From assembly GCA_012295275.1 (NCBI GenBank), contig CM022674.1:4774001-4838000 (forward strand): a stretch of DNA of 64,000 nt. The letters are read 5' to 3'. The notes under the pieces were generated by a model, which was not told the origin of the DNA, did not search any database, and saw nothing but the letters and a program-made list of their open reading frames with translations. Each line of letters opens with the position of its first letter. Within the stretch, counting starts at the first letter, position 1. This document shows, in pieces, positions 57,508 through 64,000 of the stretch. The position numbers and the translations under genes were made by a program. This stretch comes from Chrysomallon squamiferum (Eukaryota; Animalia; Mollusca).

Positions 57508-58424
57508 CTGACAGAGCGAATGTTTAACTCCCAGCATAAAAAATACATCGGTTGATTGAATGTCAACTGTGGTAAAGGCAAAACTTAACAACGGTCAACG
57601 TTAATTTTAAAAAGTTCTTCCGTCCCAGCTGTTGCCATGCAATGTCGTGGGTATATTATGTCAAATAAACGTTGTAGTGGTGGCTACTGTTACTGCTACT
57701 ACTGCAACTAATACAACCCTTGATGTTGCTGTTGTTGTTGTTGTTGTTGTCGGCTTCATCGTTATTATCTTTGTCATCACCTTCCCCACAACCCCCATCA
57801 TCATCACTTGTACAAGAATATAGAGTTAAAAACATTAAAACTATATCTAAAATAAATAAATACATAAATAAAGGAAGAAATAAAGAAACAAACAAAGAAA
57901 GAAACTAACAAACAAACAAACAGACAGACAAACAAACAAACACAAAAACAAATAAAAAAAAGTAAAAATACTCCACTAAATGTGATATTAGAATGTATGA
58001 AACATCTGGTTTCAGCCATAAACACATAAACTCGTAGAATATTAAGTGTCCGCAGTATCAAATGTCAACCATTTTATTTTCACTCAAACAGACGTCTCAA
58101 TTACATTCGAGCGAAATCGATAAAGCTTTTGATTTTTCGGTTAACCGTGAAATTGTTTAGTTCTTTCTCTTGTATTTTTTTCTTCTTCTTCTTCTCCTTC
58201 TTCCTTTTTGACAATTCCTTTTATTACTTTTTTTAATTATTTTATTTTGTTATTATATTACATTTTAGATAGATAGACAGACAGATTAGATGCATAGTTA
58301 TATTGTTTTATCTTATTTATTTTGTGTCGTAAATATTGAAGAGGTTTTCGTTGGGGGTTAAGGTTGTGTTTTTTCATTTGTTTTTACTTAATTTATTTTT
58401 ACTTTTCATTTCAAATATAAATAT

Positions 58425-58795
58425 AAGAACGATAACTACGACCATAACATATAATAACCATAACATAACGTAATATAACGTAATACAGTGAAATGTAACA
58501 TACAACTTAATACAATATAACGTAAGAGTGTAGCGTAATACAACGCAAAGTAATAGAATGCAACGTAAAGAAGACAACGTAATACAGTATAGTGAAATGT
58601 AATACAAATCAGCGTTGTACAGAATAGTAGAACGTAATATAAACCTACGTAACACAAAAGTAGTCCAATATGACGCAACACAATAAAACGTAATACAATA
58701 TAAAGTGAACAACAATAAAATGTAATGCAAATAGCATGATACAATACAACTTAATTCAATAAAACGTCACAGACAACGTAACATGGCGTAACTTT
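58425..58795. repeat. Degenerate pentamer-period repeat (ATAAC/ACGTA/ATACA)
   Basis: Recurrent AACGTAATA and AATGTAA motifs. Confidence 0.7.
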
Positions 58796-59423
58796 TACTG
58801 TGGCAGTAAATAGAGATTAATAAAAAAAAAAAAAAACTATATATATTTTGGGAGGGTTAACATGCGAATCATAGATTAAAAAGTATTAGATTAAAAAAAA
58901 AAAAATCCAGAAAGTCATAAATTAACAATTTTCACCGGGTTCTAAAATTAAGAATAATCTTTCTGACGTCAAACTACGTCATGACTTTTTTTCATTATTA
59001 TTATTTCTTCCTCAATTCTAACGTTTTCTCTCTACTTTTTTTTTTCTTCTTCTTTATTTTTAATGTGTACGATTCTTGATCTTCGCGCCGATTCTAATTT
59101 ATAGTTCCTAATTGATACGACCGCCGGCTTATCGACGTAATGATAATTGTAGAGCAATTTTTACGGAACCGTGCTTTCGGCAACGAATTTTAGACGAGTG
59201 AACTTCGATTAGGTCATTTTCTTTCATAGATGAATGGTTTGGAAATCTAGTCATCGACAGTGATTGAAATAATTCTTAGAAATTTCGCGTTCGTTTTGGG
59301 GATCCGATGAGGATATTTCAGATTTAAGTTCTGGAGTGTCACCTTCAGCTGTTGAATTAAATTGTCCGTCTGTCTGTGGAATTAAAATGTCATGCAAATT
59401 AAGATTCCGGTAGTAATTCTGAC

Positions 59424-59459
<36 letters not shown>

Positions 59460-59670
59460 GCATGGGATGTGGGCTTGGTAGAGAAAAGCTTTCAGACAAA
59501 AACATAAAGAACTAATATCCACAAAAACTAAGTTACCCAAGCGTATGCACTTATATACATATAAGCATAGTTATTTATATATGAACAATCAAAATTTGAA
59601 CAAAATCTGTGTTTAAATAGATTAAAAGACACACAGAGAGATATACCGAACACATATTGAATTAAAATAC

Positions 59671-59788
<118 letters not shown>

Positions 59789-60615
59789 TATAATAATTAG
59801 ATAATATTAATTTTTATGGTTATTTATAAAACAGCAAAAACTAAAATAGTAATAATATATATATAGATATATATATATACAAATGTCCTCTTTGAAATCC
59901 ATACATAAAACTGTAAAGAATGAGAAAATGAAATTAAAATGACTCGGTTTTTTTTTTTTCATAAATATAATTCAGTTTTATATTCTTTCCATCAAAAGGT
60001 TTCATCGTTCATGATCATCGAAGTTCAGTTGTTACATTTTCTGTGAAAATAAACAAAGAAAACTATCCCCCATTAAACAACAGCCACAGAAAAAATGTAA
60101 AGCTTTCTCTTTTCCTACTGCTGTTAATATACTTCCAACATCTTTAAGTGAACGACAAAGAAAGAATTAATGAAAGTGAATACGAAATTAAGCAATTAAC
60201 GAAAATAGGCATTTTATGTTTACCGCAGCCGATATACTCGACTGGTACCAGGGACGTATTTTTAGATAACGTTTCCCCCACCCACCCACCCACCACCACC
60301 CATTATAACAAGCACGAACCATCAGCGAATTAGATACCAGTCTACGAGGAAATAATTCGCGACAAAACTCGTCACAAAAAGGCAACAAAGAAGACGACAT
60401 TTGCTAACTAATTTTCATTATTCTGTACTGTAACATTTTCCGGAGTAAGTCGATTACACACGTACGTCACACGAAGACGTTTCCTCGGTAATTCCCGACT
60501 AATTACGTTATCTGCAACTTAATGTTGCGATAAGAACCAACCATTCGATAAAAGGGTAATAGTAGTATAATATTAAGCTTTCATTTCTTCTGGGCTTTTA
60601 CTTCTATTTCTTTCT

Positions 60616-60617
<2 letters not shown>

Positions 60618-60673
<56 letters not shown>
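60618..60673. repeat. Poly-T run (~56 nt)
   Basis: Direct reading. The length may be affected by sequencing error. Confidence 0.9.
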
Positions 60674-60675
<2 letters not shown>

Positions 60676-60723
60676 TGAAAAACTTCTTTTTTATGGTCTT
60701 AATTTTATGTTTCGTTTATTGTT

Positions 60724-60757
<34 letters not shown>

Positions 60758-62681
60758 CATTATCATTTATTATTATTATTATAATTATTATGTTCCAATT
60801 TGTTTTGTTTTTTCTCTCATAATTTTCTCATTCTTTGATTTTTGTTAATTAACTAATAAATAAGACGGAATGTTTTATACGACATTAATTTAATACGCTG
60901 TTATGAAGATTTATTAACCTTCGATAATATACTATAATTATAACATTCTATTCTTCTTTATTCTTTGTTCTATTTTCTTTTCTTTTCTTTTTTATTTCTT
61001 TTGTATCCTCATCATAAAAACATCTGTAATCCTTCTCTATGTCATATCACTAAAAAAAAAAAAAAAAAAAAAAAAAAAACTGGTTATTTTATTGACTATC
61101 TGTTCTTTCCTTTTTTCCTTTTTTTTTTTTTTTTTTTTTTTCATTCTTCGATTTTCTTTTTTTTTTTTTTTTTTTTTTGTTTGCTTTATTACCGCCTCTT
61201 TCCGAATATTCTTTCAGTGTCATAATATAACTTCCATTTCTGGTCGTCTGAAACAGTAACGAAATCAAGTGATACAGGCTGAATTAACCACAGACAGCTT
61301 TATTCAATATTAATCACTTTAGCATTATGACGGTGATCTTCGGGACCGTTTGGAAACCGCCGATGTTTGCTTCATCGATACTCGGGCATCATTTCAGTAA
61401 GAACGTTATTTAGTAAACACGAACACAAAAAAAAAAAAAAATCCGTCGTGTGGCGACGGTGGTGCGGGGGGGTGAAGAAGGGAGGGGAGAAGATTAAGGT
61501 CTAGCCAGCTGATGATTAAAACAGAAAGATCTGGTTTTAAAAGATGAATGGCGGCTCGCTGAAAGTTTGACACTGGCGGGAGTCGTAAGCAGTGAAAGAA
61601 GTAAATTTGTTCGATGAAATGGAGCCGAGTTATGATTAGAAAATAAAGAGGTTTTTTTTTCAAAAAGATGGATGATGTGGTTGTCAAGAAAAGAAATTGT
61701 ATTATAGAATATTAAGTAAATGGTATTTTCGTTTTCTTAAATTTGTCTTTTCTTTTTTTAATAGAAAAAAATCTCTTTTTTTATTCGTTTTTTCGTTTTT
61801 TCTTCTTTTCTGTAGAAAATGTCTTTGTTTTCTTTTGTTTTTATGGTAATTCTTCTTTCTTTTTTGTTTTTTGTTTCGTTCGTTTTTCTTTTCTTTTTAT
61901 TATTGTTTTTTCTGTTTTGAAATATTTCTGCTTTGCTCTTTCTATCCTGCTGCTGTTATTATTACTCCTACGAATACCAGTATTACAACTGTTAATGCTA
62001 ATACAAGCACTGTCGTTGCTGTAGTTGCAACTAATCGTAATGACGACGCTGACAATGTTGTTGTTGATGTCAGTGTTAAATATTATAAGTAGAGAAACAG
62101 ATAATCCATTAATAATCTTAATATATATATATACACAAACACATATATAATAATAAAAATAACAGTAATAGTAATAATAATAATAATAATAAAGCCGAAT
62201 TAACAAAATAATCTGTTACGATTGTCACTTTGTACATTTTTTGATGGAAGCGCAAAAAAAATTCTTCTTTTTTCTTTTTTTTAAATTTAAAAGAAAAAAG
62301 TCTATTACCACTGGCAAACAATAAGTAGTTTTGATTACATTTGCGTGGGTCTTGCTGTGAATAAACATGACGCCTAACTGTAAAATCTTGTTCATTTTCG
62401 TCCCCTCACACCATCCACTGGCAAACATGACACATCTCAGTGATAGACTGGTGTTGTTTCCTGAACTACTACGTCCGGTAGCCAGTCGGAGAGTGGTTTC
62501 ATTCGAGCGAAACACGTTTGTAAAGTTCCGCTTCGACACAATGGACTTTTATCTAGTTTGATCAGGTATCTTTTGTATTTGTCTGATTCACACTGTGACA
62601 TTCAACTCCTGAAATATTTTCATTTGACTGTTTTTGTTTCACATTTATGTTTATTTGTTTTTTTCTCTATCTCCTTGCGTA

Positions 62682-62726
<45 letters not shown>

Positions 62727-62950
62727 ACCTCTCTCTTTCTCTCTTTCTCTCTCAAAGTCTTTCTGTCTCTCTCTTTCTCTCTCGCTCTCTCTCTTTCTCT
62801 CTCTCTCTTTCTCTCTCTCTATCTATCTATCTCTCTATCAATATACGTGTGTCTGTGTGTCTGTCATTGTGCATGTCTACGTATCAACAACTATCTGTCG
62901 CTCTATGTGCATTTCTACATCTATCTATATTACATCAATCCATCTATTTG

Positions 62951-63056
<106 letters not shown>

Positions 63057-63646
63057 ATTAACCGCTATTAAATCAGGCTTCTCGTGAAGAACAAACACAC
63101 GATAAAACGACGCTGTAGAAAGAACCAAAATACAAAAATTACTGAAGTAAAAACCGCTGCCTCAAAAAAAAAAAAAAAGGGGTCCTGCTACCATATGCGC
63201 GGCGTCAAAACAAACTGATCCTTCACCAGTGTCCAGTAGCAATTTCCAGAGGCTGACAAAAACTTAAGTGATTAGCCAGACCACAAGATACCTTTGCTCG
63301 GCTATATCATGGCTTTGTACGAATTGTAAATCGATAAACTTCGGTAATGGCGTCCCATCCATCGAATTACTCTGATGATCCCATTCCAATTCTGCCCACG
63401 ATTATATATTTTAAGCATCGGTTTTCCTCAGTCCTGATAACACTGTGACGACACTTCACAAAATGAAGTGCGGGCATGAAGTGGATCTTCGTGCAGCCGA
63501 CGGCAAATGGACACTAAATTGAACAAAATAACAACTGGTATTGATCCGGGATTCGTTGCTCAAAGGACGGTATCCGTCCATTTGATGTAGCGAAATTCGT
63601 AAAATGAATGTATTTGTCAAATGTCAAAAAAAAAAGTAAAAAGAGG

Positions 63647-63648
<2 letters not shown>

Positions 63649-63709
<61 letters not shown>

Positions 63710-63791
63710 AGAGTTTCTCTCTCTCAAAGTCTTTCTGTTTCTCTCTCTCTCAGTTTCTCTCTTTCATAGTGTTTCTCTCTCTTTTCTCGAA

Positions 63792-63857
<66 letters not shown>

Positions 63858-64000
63858 TTCTCGAAGTCGCTCTCTCTTTCTCGTCTAAGTCGCTCTCTCT
63901 TTCTGTCTCTCTCTATCAAAGTATTTCTGTCTCTCTATATCTTTCTTTCTCTCTCTCTCTTTCTCTGTCTCTCTCTATCAAAGTATTTCTGTCTCTCTCT
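63649..64000. repeat. CT-rich tract with recurring (C)AAAGT/GAAGT punctuation, related to 62687-63052
   Basis: CTCTCAAAGTCTTTCTGT at about 62750 and 63721. ATCAAAGTATTTCTGTCTCT occurs twice near the end. Confidence 0.85.

Noticed and set aside
59230-59270. Acceptor TTTTCTTTCATAG as the phase-1 partner of the 40637 donor
   Set aside because: The joined frame (DEWFGNLVIDSD) stops after 12 codons with no good donor before the stop.

Overview
AT-rich, microsatellite-saturated eukaryotic genomic DNA with no prokaryotic features. The composition resembles invertebrate genomes such as cephalopod molluscs or decapods, but this is an impression and I cannot establish the taxon. I find no recognisable protein domain, intact transposon, rRNA, intact tRNA or CRISPR array, and almost all listed ORFs are read-throughs of simple repeats. 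The window alternates 0.3-0.7 kb CpG-containing unique islands with (AG)n, (AT)n, (ATT)n, (TAGA)n and poly-T spacers. The best gene-like signals are a promoter-like cluster with a splice donor near 1.1 kb, and a candidate first exon at about 40.2-40.64 kb. That exon has nine same-strand GGATTA motifs, a uORF, Kozak ATGs and a CTG|GTAAGA donor, and it faces a perfect minus-strand donor. Other structure includes several minisatellites with higher-order organisation, two clear inverted-repeat elements, local kilobase-spaced duplications and decayed tRNA-like fragments. The most speculative lead is that tandem arrays left of 40.2 kb carry, on the minus strand, dense seed sites for miR-279, miR-12 and bantam. 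All counts and coordinates were read by eye and should be re-computed.
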